Shown one piece after another: positions 24,556-34,109 of a DNA stretch of 34,638 nt; within the stretch, counting starts at the first letter, position 1, and every line of letters begins with the position of its first letter. Source of the stretch: a virus. Taxonomy: Duplodnaviria > Caudoviricetes. Below the pieces are notes generated by a model, which was given only the letters and a program-made list of their open reading frames with translations, did not search any database and had not been told where the DNA came from. A program made the translations under genes and the position numbers. The stretch spans positions 1-34,638 of the IMG/VR virus record IMGVR_UViG_3300030372_000590; one strand, given 5' to 3'.

Positions 24556-25193
24556 TAGAACGCTGTTGTTTGAATGTTAGTGTTAAAGTATATCGTAGAA
24601 CCCGCACTTGATTCTTTTACCATTGGAAATATAATATCTCCTGCTGCTAATGTTGCAGTAGTTATAGTTGTTTCGTTTATAGCAATCATTTTGTCATTAC
24701 TATTAAGACCAGTTAAAGCAATTTCATCAATAACTACAGGCTGAAGAGCAGAAGAATCATTTGCTGTTGGAGTTACCTTACACAATGCAAGTGTTATAGT
24801 AGTTGTACCATTAGAAGTCATCCAACCAAAAATAGAACTAACATTACAGGCTTGTGGTATAACACACCCTTGACCTATTCTAAATACCTTTGTTACTGTT
24901 ATAGTTGTTCCTGCAACAGTTGAAGAAGTATAATCTACAGCCATCTCATAAGGAGATTTAGTATCTGCAATATCTTCTCCATAAGTATAATTTGTAGCAC
25001 CTGTCAAATATCCTTGCATTTGATAATTAGTAGTACCCATTAAAGATTTAGATTGCCAAGCCAAACTACCATCAGTTAAAGTAATATCAGTACCTATGCT
25101 CTTGCATAAAACTGTACTATTATTAGCAGTTTCAAACCCTTTTGGATTATGTCTATTTATGTCATTTAAGTTTTTATGTTCGTTTGAAGCCAT
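24555..25193 (-). CDS. Putative virion structural protein (212 aa)
   Basis: 'EHKNL....RHNPKG' N-terminus and Thr-rich beta C-domain; follows the connector gene. Confidence 0.6.
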   Translation of the reverse strand: MASNEHKNLNDINRHNPKGFETANNSTVLCKSIGTDITLTDGSLAWQSKSLMGTTNYQMQGYLTGATNYTYGEDIADTKSPYEMAVDYTSSTVAGTTITVTKVFRIGQGCVIPQACNVSSIFGWMTSNGTTTITLALCKVTPTANDSSALQPVVIDEIALTGLNSNDKMIAINETTITTATLAAGDIIFPMVKESSAGSTIYFNTNIQTTAF

Positions 25194-25204
25194 TTATTTA
25201 TTTT

Positions 25205-25789
25205 TTAACAGTCATCACAAGGACAGTAATCTTTCCAACTACCATAGTTTCTGGTAGGTCTTGAATATATACTATCATACATTATTATACCATGATTCTT
25301 GTAAACATTATTATTGCAAGGTTTATTAGACTCATAAGTAGGATATTGACCTGATTGGTCATCATCATCCATATAATCTAACATATCTTTTAAATATATT
25401 TCAGCCTTTCTATATGTATCTTGTTTATAAGCATTTAATTCTGCTGGGTCTATAATTGTAGCAAACTCATCTATATTGTGTACTATACCAGCACTTGTAC
25501 TATTACTTTGTACTTCATTTATAACTTCAAATCTAACAAACCAACATAAACATCTAGTTAAAAAATCATCCATTAAGGTTTCATTTGCAGTAGTTAAAGT
25601 GCCATTATGATGTTGTGTTTTTATTTCTTCATAAAACTTTTGACCTATTGCTTCTTTTAAATGTGCTAATTCTGCAAGTAAAATAGTATTATTAGATATT
25701 AAAGCAGTATCTGTATTAGCATTTGTAAAACTATTACTAATTACTTCTGCTGCAGTTACTAAAGGATTATATTTATTTACATTCGCCAT
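25205..25789 (-). CDS. Head-tail connector/adaptor (194 aa)
   Basis: Follows the portal; 'I.LAE..HLKEAIG.KFYEEI' and 'YPTY' pattern of Bacteroidota phage adaptors. Confidence 0.65.
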   Translation of the reverse strand: MANVNKYNPLVTAAEVISNSFTNANTDTALISNNTILLAELAHLKEAIGQKFYEEIKTQHHNGTLTTANETLMDDFLTRCLCWFVRFEVINEVQSNSTSAGIVHNIDEFATIIDPAELNAYKQDTYRKAEIYLKDMLDYMDDDDQSGQYPTYESNKPCNNNVYKNHGIIMYDSIYSRPTRNYGSWKDYCPCDDC

Positions 25790-25791
25790 AG

Positions 25792-27090
25792 TTATTTGTT
25801 TGTTTCAGTTACTTGTGATTCATCTTCTCTTGTTACAATGATTTGTTCTCTATCTGTTATAAACATATCACCTTCTTCTAACATTGGTAAATCTTCATCT
25901 AACATCTTTCTTTGCTCGTTTATAGTTAGTATTGCTTTAGGGTCTATCTGAGTAGCAAAACTAATAGGCGGCTCATAATGTATCAAAAGTTCTTCTGGCA
26001 AGAATCCCATTTCTTTAAATAAAATAGTTCTTAAACCATTAAGCAGTAAATCAGAAGTATCTTTAATTACTGTAGTCATTGCTAAATCATAAGCAATTCT
26101 AATCTCACTACCTGTATTATTCATTTTTCCAGAACTAACTAAACCACTTAATGATGGTTGCCATCTATGTGCAGTTACAATATTTTGGTCAGTTATTCGT
26201 TGTAAATCTATCCAACTACCTTCTTGGTCATCTTTTATAATTTGTACGTTAGCCTGTGAAGCATCTCCATTCTTAACAATAAACATTATCTTGCCATTAT
26301 TGCCATCTCCAACAAATTTCTTTTGTGCTTCTCTTACTAACTTCTTAGCCTCTTCTTCTCCCATATCGCCATTAATCTCAATAATAGCAGATGGTTGAAA
26401 GCCATTTTTAAATTTTGTGTGATTCCATTTTCCTATTTCATAATCTACTGCAATATGCTCTAAAGCAGCAATGTAGTCTGGTAATCCGTAGAATTGAAAA
26501 GTAGGCTCATAGTCTTTAAATTGAACTACAAACCTATTACCTTTAACTTTTGGGTAAATAGGAATAATAGAAAGTTTATCTTTCATAGTGTTGTACTTTG
26601 CCCAGTCAGGATGTACATACACTTCTTTTTTGTTTTTAGACATTCTAACAGTAGTTGCATCTATATGATATAGATTAACACCGCCTTCATATAAAACGCC
26701 TTCTAAATAAGCATTACCAAAAGTGTAATAGTCATCAGCAAGTTTTTTAAAAACATCTCTTAATGACTCGCCATCAGCATTTACATCTTTGATGTATTCT
26801 TTGACAGTTTCATTGTTAGTTACAAATTTTGCACCACTTGTGAAAACTGCTTTTTGTGCTAATACACTTCTGTGTGTACTAGACTTTCTTTTTAATTCTG
26901 CTAAATATTGAGGAAACAAGTTATTAGTACCAAAAGGAATAAACTTAGTCCTTACTTTTGATAAGTCTTGTGGTTCTTCAACATGCTCAGGTATTGCTAA
27001 ATTAAAAACTCCAAATTCAAAAGTATTACTCTTTTGAGTCTGAAGATTCTTTACCTGACTTTTTCTTTTTGGCTGCTTTCTTTGGCTCAT
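25792..27090 (-). CDS. Portal protein (432 aa)
   Basis: 'FGTNNLFPQYL...SSTH', 'DYYTFGNAY', 'YGLPDY', 'NGFQPS', 'LTINEQR' portal motifs. Confidence 0.9.
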   Translation of the reverse strand: MSQRKQPKRKSQVKNLQTQKSNTFEFGVFNLAIPEHVEEPQDLSKVRTKFIPFGTNNLFPQYLAELKRKSSTHRSVLAQKAVFTSGAKFVTNNETVKEYIKDVNADGESLRDVFKKLADDYYTFGNAYLEGVLYEGGVNLYHIDATTVRMSKNKKEVYVHPDWAKYNTMKDKLSIIPIYPKVKGNRFVVQFKDYEPTFQFYGLPDYIAALEHIAVDYEIGKWNHTKFKNGFQPSAIIEINGDMGEEEAKKLVREAQKKFVGDGNNGKIMFIVKNGDASQANVQIIKDDQEGSWIDLQRITDQNIVTAHRWQPSLSGLVSSGKMNNTGSEIRIAYDLAMTTVIKDTSDLLLNGLRTILFKEMGFLPEELLIHYEPPISFATQIDPKAILTINEQRKMLDEDLPMLEEGDMFITDREQIIVTREDESQVTETNK

Positions 27091-27247
27091 CTTTTGTTTT
27101 TGTGGTTGATAATTTTTCTATTAAATCAGTTGCTCCCAAATCTTCATAAGCATATGCTAACTCTTCTTGTGTTGCTGACGCTGTTCTTATAACACCATTA
27201 GTTCCATGATAAATTGTTACTTTTTTTATTGCTTTATATTTTGCCAT
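27026..27247 (-). CDS. Small protein with Lys-rich tail (73 aa from ATG 27247; alternative start 27304)
   Basis: ORF track; 'ATQEELAYAYE' and a basic tail; overlaps the portal start by 65 nt. Confidence 0.65.
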   Translation of the reverse strand: MAKYKAIKKVTIYHGTNGVIRTASATQEELAYAYEDLGATDLIEKLSTTKTKDEPKKAAKKKKSGKESSDSKE

Positions 27248-27383
27248 AATTGTATAAATTTTTAAGTGTGATAAATCTACAATATTATTAGAGCAATCAC
27301 ACATTATAAAAAAAATATATTAATAGGGTCATGTTTAAAACATTTTACGATAAAATACCAACCTACTAGTATATATTTATTTA

Positions 27384-27977
27384 TTATGTAGTTGTTGCTG
27401 TTAAAGCAGACGTATCAATTACAAGACCTGCACCAGTTGCTGGGTCATATTGTCTTGGAAGTTCAAATTGTCTAGCCATCAAATTAACTGTTAAGCCATT
27501 TTCATCTGAATACGCAGCACCTGTACCTCCCTCCATACTTGCTAAATTTAAGAAAGTTTGGTTTTTAGAAGGAACATCCTCGTTTGCATATTTTTCACTT
27601 AACCCTACAACTAATTTTTCGTTATTTGTAGTTACAACTATTGCCATCATACAAGTGTTAAGCATTGCTTGTAATTCATGCATCCTAGAATTGTTTATTT
27701 GTGGTATCATAAAACTAAGACCACACTCAAATGCTGTTGAGCCATTTTCTTTAGTTGCATTTATATTTAATGCAGCAGTTTCATTTTTAAATTCAAAAAC
27801 AAACCAATTTGCTGTTGAAGCACCACCACTAGTAATCTTTGTTACATCATGCTTTCCTGCAGCATTACTATAAGTAACAACATCATCAGAAGCAAAACTT
27901 CTTAAACATATTTGTTTTATACCACCTGTGCTTTGTAAAGAAGTACAATCTACACCGATTCCTGTATCTATTGCCAT
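27384..27977 (-). CDS. Major tail tube protein (197 aa)
   Basis: 'C....GGIK', 'ENGS..F', 'GGTGAA..D.NG.TV' motifs of Bacteroidota siphophage tube proteins. Confidence 0.75.
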   Translation of the reverse strand: MAIDTGIGVDCTSLQSTGGIKQICLRSFASDDVVTYSNAAGKHDVTKITSGGASTANWFVFEFKNETAALNINATKENGSTAFECGLSFMIPQINNSRMHELQAMLNTCMMAIVVTTNNEKLVVGLSEKYANEDVPSKNQTFLNLASMEGGTGAAYSDENGLTVNLMARQFELPRQYDPATGAGLVIDTSALTATTT

Positions 27978-28003
27978 ATTATTATTATTTTATAAGTTAT
28001 TAA

Positions 28004-28040
28004 AAAGTAAATAAGAGGAGGTTTTGACACCCCCTCTATT
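28004..28040 (-). terminator. Terminator/attenuator hairpin after the capsid gene
   Basis: Minus strand AGAGGGGGT-GTCAAA-ACCTCCTCT, then TATTTACTTTT. Confidence 0.7.
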
Positions 28041-28051
28041 ATTACATATTA

Positions 28052-29062
28052 TTAGTAGAAAATTCCCCATTGAACAAGTGAAGGGTACAAGAATTGTACT
28101 CCTAACTTGAAGTATCCTCTGAAGAACATTTTCTCTTCTAAGTCATCATAAAATACTTTGAATGAACCTTCTGGGTCTGTTACATCAGAACCTATAATTA
28201 GGTTATCTACTGCACAGTAACAAGCACCTTCTGTTCCATTAACACCACCTCTTAAGAACAGTGCTGGGTCTGTGTCTGCTAAAATAGTGTCCCACTCATA
28301 CATAGGAACTAATTCAACACCTCTAAACTTAACAACTAAGACACCATCTTGTTGGTTAGTAATTGCTAAATCTGCAGAAGTTCCTTCTAAGTTTGCTAAG
28401 TAAGCATTGTAAGTCTTAGGAGTTACAAAGATTTTCTTGTCTGCTGCAGGTACTTGTTGTAATGCTGCTGGAGCATTATCATACATATTTCTTAAAATAC
28501 CAAGTGATTCTGCTGCTGTAGGTGCTGTAGGTGCTACTGCACTATACTCAGTTCTATCTGATAATGGAGTTCCTGAACCCATTAATTTCATCCATCCGTC
28601 CATTTGGTTATAAGCAGCACTACCACTTGCAGTGTCGCCACCCCATGCTAATCTTACTACGTCTTGTCCGATTCCTTTTACAGCACGATTTACAATCGCA
28701 TCTGCAACTGCAGTTCCTTCAAGATTAAATACATCAACACCATTTCTGTATAATTCCTCAATGTAAGTATTTTCAAACTCAGATTGACATTGCTCAAGAG
28801 CAACTCTCATTCTACCTGCTGTAATTGTTTTCTCATCAATATCAAATTGAGTTGAACCACTTGTTGGTGAACAACCAGTATATTTTGTTACTATTTTTGT
28901 TAGAGCAGCAGAAGTGTAAACATTCATTTTATGTTTTACATTAGGAATAACTCTGTAGTTACGCATAATATCATCACTTTTAAATACTGGCTCATAAAAT
29001 ATTTCGTTAAGGTTCGCCCCTGAGTAAGTTGCGAAAGTTCCTTTTTTTGCTACATTTGCCAT
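28052..29062 (-). CDS. Major capsid protein (336 aa)
   Basis: Follows the protease/scaffold gene; size, 'LAWGGD...MDGW.K' motif and downstream terminator fit an HK97-fold capsid gene. Confidence 0.85.
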   Translation of the reverse strand: MANVAKKGTFATYSGANLNEIFYEPVFKSDDIMRNYRVIPNVKHKMNVYTSAALTKIVTKYTGCSPTSGSTQFDIDEKTITAGRMRVALEQCQSEFENTYIEELYRNGVDVFNLEGTAVADAIVNRAVKGIGQDVVRLAWGGDTASGSAAYNQMDGWMKLMGSGTPLSDRTEYSAVAPTAPTAAESLGILRNMYDNAPAALQQVPAADKKIFVTPKTYNAYLANLEGTSADLAITNQQDGVLVVKFRGVELVPMYEWDTILADTDPALFLRGGVNGTEGACYCAVDNLIIGSDVTDPEGSFKVFYDDLEEKMFFRGYFKLGVQFLYPSLVQWGIFY

Positions 29063-29075
29063 TTTTTTCTATTTT

Positions 29076-30113
29076 TTAGTTATTAAATTTATTTCTCATT
29101 CTTTCTGCTATTGCATTGTAAAAATCTGCATTAGCATCTTCTTTTTTGTTTTCAACTACTGCAGGGTCTGCTTCAGTTTCAATTTTAGTACCTTTAGCAT
29201 CTGCTTTGTTGATTTTAGCGTTTAACGCTTCTACTTCTTCAGTTAAAGTTAAGTTAGTTCCTTTAGCATTTGCTAACTCTTCTTCTAATGAAGAAATTTT
29301 GTTTGTCAACTCAATGTTATTAGTTTCAAAATCAGACATTTTATTCATTATATCTTCATTATCTGCTAATGTTACATTAATAGTTGTTTCTTCAACAACA
29401 TCTTCAGAAACTTTTACATCACCTTTTACAGCAGTAACAATCTCTTCAACTTTGTTGTTAAACCATTCTTTTAACTCATTAGTCATTTTTCTGTTTTTTA
29501 TGTTAATATTTAATTTATTCTGAATTTCTTCTTCTGTGATGTTTTTAAATTTAGAAACATCATACTTTGCAGCCACTTTTATAGAGTCAGAAATAACATC
29601 AACAAAACCTAGTTCGTATGCTTCTTCAGCATTTAACCAAGTTTCTTCATCCATCATTTCTTGCAAAGCCTCGTAAGATAATCCAGTCTTTTTTCTATAA
29701 ATGTCTGTCAGTTCACCTGAGATTTTATCTAAAGTTTCAGCAACCTTTCTCATGTCTTTTGCTTCACCCATAGTACCTCCCCAAGCGTTATGAATCATAA
29801 ACAAAGAATTTTCAGCCATAACAACCTCATCTGCACCAAGAGCAATAATTGTAGCAATACTTGCAGCAATCCCCTCAATATAAACAGTAGTTTTTGCCTC
29901 TCTCCTTTTGATTACATTATACATTGCCATACCATCAAACACATCTCCACCTAAACTGTTTATGCGTAAGTTGATTGGCGTTCCTTTTAAATCTTTAATA
30001 TCATTAATAAATTCTTGTGCTGTTACACCATAAGTACCTATCTCATCAAAGATATATATATCAGCAGTTTCGCCACCTGCTTTGTTTTGAATACTATACC
30101 ATTTTCCTTTCAT
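29076..30113 (-). CDS. ClpP-like (S14) head maturation protease fused to a C-terminal scaffold (345 aa)
   Basis: 'INSLGGDVFDG', 'GIAASIA', 'FMIHN', 'ETWLNAEEA..LGFVD'; C-terminal coiled coil. Confidence 0.93.
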   Translation of the reverse strand: MKGKWYSIQNKAGGETADIYIFDEIGTYGVTAQEFINDIKDLKGTPINLRINSLGGDVFDGMAMYNVIKRREAKTTVYIEGIAASIATIIALGADEVVMAENSLFMIHNAWGGTMGEAKDMRKVAETLDKISGELTDIYRKKTGLSYEALQEMMDEETWLNAEEAYELGFVDVISDSIKVAAKYDVSKFKNITEEEIQNKLNINIKNRKMTNELKEWFNNKVEEIVTAVKGDVKVSEDVVEETTINVTLADNEDIMNKMSDFETNNIELTNKISSLEEELANAKGTNLTLTEEVEALNAKINKADAKGTKIETEADPAVVENKKEDANADFYNAIAERMRNKFNN

Positions 30114-30118
30114 AAACG

Positions 30119-30126
30119 CAAAAATA
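30119..30126 (-). promoter_or_regulatory. -7 promoter box (TATTTTTG) 5 nt before the protease ATG
   Basis: TAnnTTTG-CGTTT-ATG; no -33 box at the usual spacing. Confidence 0.45.
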
Positions 30127-30168
30127 TTATTAATGTTTTAAGTATTTACACTATTTCTATACAAAACT

Positions 30169-30507
30169 TTAATATCTAATGTTATAAGATATTGTTGATT
30201 TTTGTCTTTCTTTATACACTATGTTTTGTGCTTGACTTTCGCTTATATTATATTTTATAGATAAATCCATCCAAGTATGTGTTCTACTACCCTTGTTAGT
30301 AACCAACATTCTATCAAAGTCCACAATAATCATAAAGTTACGAAGTCTTTTAGGTTCTATTATACCCCTTTCTACAAAATGCCTAACAACATCTTTACAG
30401 GTTGGATATAGTCCAAATCTTTTTTCTAATCCAACACCAGCAGTTTCAATAAAGTCTTTCACTACATCAACTTTATTTTGCTTTTGTCTTTTTATTTTTA
30501 GAGGCAT
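30169..30507 (-). CDS. Putative Mor/C-like HTH transcription regulator (112 aa from ATG 30507)
   Basis: 'RNFMI..DF...LSIKYNISESQAQNIVY' C-terminal HTH. Confidence 0.5.
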   Translation of the reverse strand: MPLKIKRQKQNKVDVVKDFIETAGVGLEKRFGLYPTCKDVVRHFVERGIIEPKRLRNFMIIVDFDRMLVTNKGSRTHTWMDLSIKYNISESQAQNIVYKERQKSTISYNIRY

Positions 30508-30781
30508 TAGGTTTTTTTGTTGTTTTTGGTGTTTGTGCCATAACAATCCACTCATCTACAATAGTTTCCCAAAATTTAACTACTGCTTTTCTACAAGAAG
30601 AGCAATTCATATCTTGCTTATTAGCAGGAAATAATAAGTGCCATTCTGCAAACATTAAATTTAATGAGTCAGTATGATAAGTAGTAAAGTTTCTTGTGTG
30701 TTGTTTGTTTCTAATAACAGCATCTGTCATTGCTGTAATTTTGTTTTTGCTATAATTTTTAGCGATTTCTTTTAAATTCAT
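30473..30781 (-). CDS. Hypothetical protein with CxxC (102 aa from ATG 30781)
   Basis: 'MNCSSCRKAV' and Lys-rich tail. Confidence 0.65.
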   Translation of the reverse strand: MNLKEIAKNYSKNKITAMTDAVIRNKQHTRNFTTYHTDSLNLMFAEWHLLFPANKQDMNCSSCRKAVVKFWETIVDEWIVMAQTPKTTKKPNASKNKKTKAK

Positions 30782-30791
30782 ATGTAAAGTT

Positions 30792-30986
30792 TTACCATTT
30801 ATTTTGAGGACATTTACCAAAGAACTCTTTTGTTAAAGAAGTTTTTGCATCTAGGAAACACTTGCAATCTGCACATCTTGCTCCCCACTTTATCTTTGGT
30901 CTTTTTAATAACATAAAGTTTCGGTAAAAACTACAACTTTTGCATATACTTAATCTTTCTAACTTGGTTTTTTTATCAACAAACAT
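30792..30986 (-). CDS. Small Cys-rich protein (DUF6171-like, 64 aa)
   Basis: 'R..IC..C...C..C.CF..AKT......CP..KW'. Confidence 0.75.
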   Translation of the reverse strand: MFVDKKTKLERLSICKSCSFYRNFMLLKRPKIKWGARCADCKCFLDAKTSLTKEFFGKCPQNKW

Positions 30987-31005
30987 TTGTTTATTTTTTT
31001 TATTA

Positions 31006-33594
31006 TTAAATAATTGCGTCTGATTCTATAACATTTACAGAGTTTTGTGTGTCTGTTATATCAGCCTCTACAACAACTACTTTGCTTGACCTATTCATAG
31101 CACCCATCATTTGATTTTGCCCTACAGCATTAAATTGTTGTTGAGTAAATGAAGGCATATTAAGCATACCACCATCTGCAAACTTAACACCTCCTCCTGC
31201 TGCGTTCATTGCTGATAATTGATTTCTAAACATTGCTGTACTTCTTTTATTTATAACAGCCTCTCCTCCTTCTAATTCTACTACTCTACCACCTACTGCA
31301 AACTTCTCTCCTCCTTGTGCGTGAGACCTTCCATGTACCATACCACCATTTGCAAACTCTTCTATCATTCCTCCTTTAGCATAAGGTCTTCCAGCCAAAG
31401 CCCTTAGGTTTGCTCTAACAGACATAATTAATGCTAGTGTTGATGCTACTGCTATAATATTTTGTGGAAACCCTAACGCAAGGTCTTGTGCAAGAGATTT
31501 ACCTTGTAATGCTAATGCTTCTAAATTAGTTGCTAAAGCAGCAGCAGCAGATATTTTTACACCTGCCTCTCTAATTTTTTGATATTTTTCGTCATTACCT
31601 GCTAAATCAATCAAAGATTTTCCAACTAAAGCCAAGTCTGCAATTTGTTTTTTTCTTCCATCTTCTTCTTCAGAAAGTCCTTTTAATTTTAATTTTAACA
31701 ATTCTTTCTCAAGTTTTTCTCTTAATTCAAAATTTCCTAAAATTGCAATACCTTCTTTGTCTATTGCTGTTATTGCATCTTGTATAGACCTAATTCTTTC
31801 TTGTCTTAAACTTTCTTCCGCCTCTTCTTGAGTTAATGTACCATCTAAAACTAAACTCATAATATCCATAAAGTCTTGCTCTGCGTCTGCTTTTAATTCA
31901 GTTTCTATCCTGTTGTTTGTTTTAGCGGTTGTGTTATTATTAATTGCATCTGTATTAGTATTAGTTGTAGTTGTTGAATCTTCTACTACTTGATTATTCT
32001 TATCTACATCAATACCAAATTCTTTGGCTACTTTTATAGCATCTTCTTGTTCTATTTTAAATGCTTCTAGTTCTTTGTTTAATTTTGATAATTTATTTGT
32101 AGAAGTTGTTATAGCAACTCCAGTAATACTACTGGGTACTCCTGTATCAGGGTCAACAAAAAACTTTTCTCTGTTTGTTCCCATATCTTCTTCTAAATCT
32201 CTTAACTTAACAGTTTCATCAAATATCTCTGCTGCTATTTTTTGTCCTTCTTTTTGAATTTCATTAAGCCTTTCTTGAGCACCCATCATTTCAATTCTTT
32301 TTGCTAATTGTTTATTAGAGTTAAATTGATGTTCGCTTAACTGTTTTACTGTGTCTTTTTCTGTTATTAAATTAGGTAGATAACTCCCATACTCCAAGTT
32401 TAGCCTTGTCATTGCTTTGTTTCTTGTTTCTTGAGAGTTGTTAGTGTCTTTTAATACTTCAAATAAAAGATTCATTTCATGTCTATCTTTCTCAAGTTTT
32501 TCTGATATAGGAATTTCTATAAAATCAGTTAATACATTAACAAAAGAAGCAAAACCATCAACTATATTTTGGAAAGTCTTACCAAATAAATCCATAAATG
32601 CTATAGCAAAACCTTGTGTTGCAGACTCAGACCTTTTTAAAGCCCCCTCTAAAGTATCCCCAACAATTCTAGCCATTTCTTCTGCTGCACCACTAGCACC
32701 TTCTAAAGCATCTCTTAACTGCACTGTTCTTTCTCTACTTGTAATCATTTGCTCAAATGCTGCTGCTTGTCTTAGGTCAACAACTTCCATGATTTCTGCC
32801 AGACTACCTCCTTCTTTACTAAATTTTGTTAATGCAGGAACTAACTCATCTAAAGAGTGAATAGTTTTACCAAATGATTTTACTAAATCAGAATTTGGGT
32901 CTTGCATTTTAAGTAAAATATTTCTTAAAGATGTACCTGCAATAGAAGCCTCAATACCTGAATCTGCTAATTGAGCCATAATTGCTGTAGTATCTTCAAT
33001 AGAGAATCCTGCTGATTTTGCAATCGGTGCAACTTTAGTCATAGATGTTTGGAATTTTTCTATATCTAATGCAGAACTTGTAAATGCAACAGCCATTACA
33101 TCTACTACTCTTTTTGTTTCACTAGCATCTAATCCGAAACCTCTTACTGCCGAACCTGCTACTATGGCTGCCCTACCTAAATCACTATCTGTTGCAGTTG
33201 CTAATTGTAAAGTAGCCTCTTGTGCGTCTAATATTTCTTGTGTAGTAAATCCTAACTTACCAAAATTAGTTTGTAGTTCTGCTACTTGTTGTGCTGTAAA
33301 GAACGTAGACCTACCTAAATCTTGAGCAGATTTTGTAAGTTTTAAAAACTCTGTCCTGTTAGCACCAGTAATTGCTTTTACTTTAGCCATTTGAAACTCA
33401 AAATCTCTAAAACTTTTAATAGCATTTGATACTACTGACGTAACCTGTCTAAAGGCTGCGACTGCACCAAGAACTCCTGCAGCCATCTTACCAAAACTAG
33501 CAGTTGTTTTTTTAGTTCTACCTTCTAATCTTTGTAAATCTTTATCTCCTTGTACGACTACCTGTACTACTATTTTTTCTGTATTTGTTGCCAT
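31006..33594 (-). CDS. Tail tape measure protein, TP901-like core (862 aa)
   Basis: 'FEFQMAKVKAITGA...STFFTAQQVA...GIEASIAGTSLRN' core, coiled coils, and C-terminal 'FANGG...SHAQGG...EGGEAVIN'. Confidence 0.95.
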   Translation of the reverse strand: MATNTEKIVVQVVVQGDKDLQRLEGRTKKTTASFGKMAAGVLGAVAAFRQVTSVVSNAIKSFRDFEFQMAKVKAITGANRTEFLKLTKSAQDLGRSTFFTAQQVAELQTNFGKLGFTTQEILDAQEATLQLATATDSDLGRAAIVAGSAVRGFGLDASETKRVVDVMAVAFTSSALDIEKFQTSMTKVAPIAKSAGFSIEDTTAIMAQLADSGIEASIAGTSLRNILLKMQDPNSDLVKSFGKTIHSLDELVPALTKFSKEGGSLAEIMEVVDLRQAAAFEQMITSRERTVQLRDALEGASGAAEEMARIVGDTLEGALKRSESATQGFAIAFMDLFGKTFQNIVDGFASFVNVLTDFIEIPISEKLEKDRHEMNLLFEVLKDTNNSQETRNKAMTRLNLEYGSYLPNLITEKDTVKQLSEHQFNSNKQLAKRIEMMGAQERLNEIQKEGQKIAAEIFDETVKLRDLEEDMGTNREKFFVDPDTGVPSSITGVAITTSTNKLSKLNKELEAFKIEQEDAIKVAKEFGIDVDKNNQVVEDSTTTTNTNTDAINNNTTAKTNNRIETELKADAEQDFMDIMSLVLDGTLTQEEAEESLRQERIRSIQDAITAIDKEGIAILGNFELREKLEKELLKLKLKGLSEEEDGRKKQIADLALVGKSLIDLAGNDEKYQKIREAGVKISAAAALATNLEALALQGKSLAQDLALGFPQNIIAVASTLALIMSVRANLRALAGRPYAKGGMIEEFANGGMVHGRSHAQGGEKFAVGGRVVELEGGEAVINKRSTAMFRNQLSAMNAAGGGVKFADGGMLNMPSFTQQQFNAVGQNQMMGAMNRSSKVVVVEADITDTQNSVNVIESDAII

Positions 33595-33605
33595 ATCTTT
33601 ATATA

Positions 33606-34109
33606 TTAAAATGCTTTAGTAACATTTGTTTTTGGATTATTCTTTTTTATTTGTTCTGAAATCATATTAGCCACATCTACACCTATTGATGGTGCTAATT
33701 TATCTGCTACTTCTTTTGAATGTTTGTTTGCTACATATCCTGCAAAGTTTGTTCTTCTTAAATTATTCCCTTCTGTCCAATACACATAAGGTTTCCCATA
33801 ATGAGATTTTAACTTTTTAAATATTGGTTGAGCCGAACTTATAGAAAGTCCTTTCGCTTGTACCCATTTAAGAACTTCTTTAAAGTTTGGGGCTTTAGCA
33901 AATTTAGGATTGTTAACTGCTTTCCAATATGCAACAGATGAAGTTACATTTAAAATACTCAAACCTTTCTTAATAACATTATATTTCAACCCTCTACTTA
34001 ATCTACCTGTAGCATTATGTTTTTGTGCTTTTAGTTCATCCTGCAGTTTCACACGAAGCATATCACCTACCTGTCTTAATGTTATATTTGTGTGCTTTAA
34101 AAATCTCAT
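33606..34109 (-). CDS. Putative neck/tail completion protein (167 aa)
   Basis: Basic protein with 'ATGRLSRGL' motif like HK97 gp10-type proteins; directly upstream of the tape measure gene. Confidence 0.55.
   Translation of the reverse strand: MRFLKHTNITLRQVGDMLRVKLQDELKAQKHNATGRLSRGLKYNVIKKGLSILNVTSSVAYWKAVNNPKFAKAPNFKEVLKWVQAKGLSISSAQPIFKKLKSHYGKPYVYWTEGNNLRRTNFAGYVANKHSKEVADKLAPSIGVDVANMISEQIKKNNPKTNVTKAF

Noticed and set aside
27310-27370. Possible branched RNA structure after the tail tube gene
   Set aside because: Stems are short, AU-rich and mutually overlapping; may be a weak terminator but cannot be supported.
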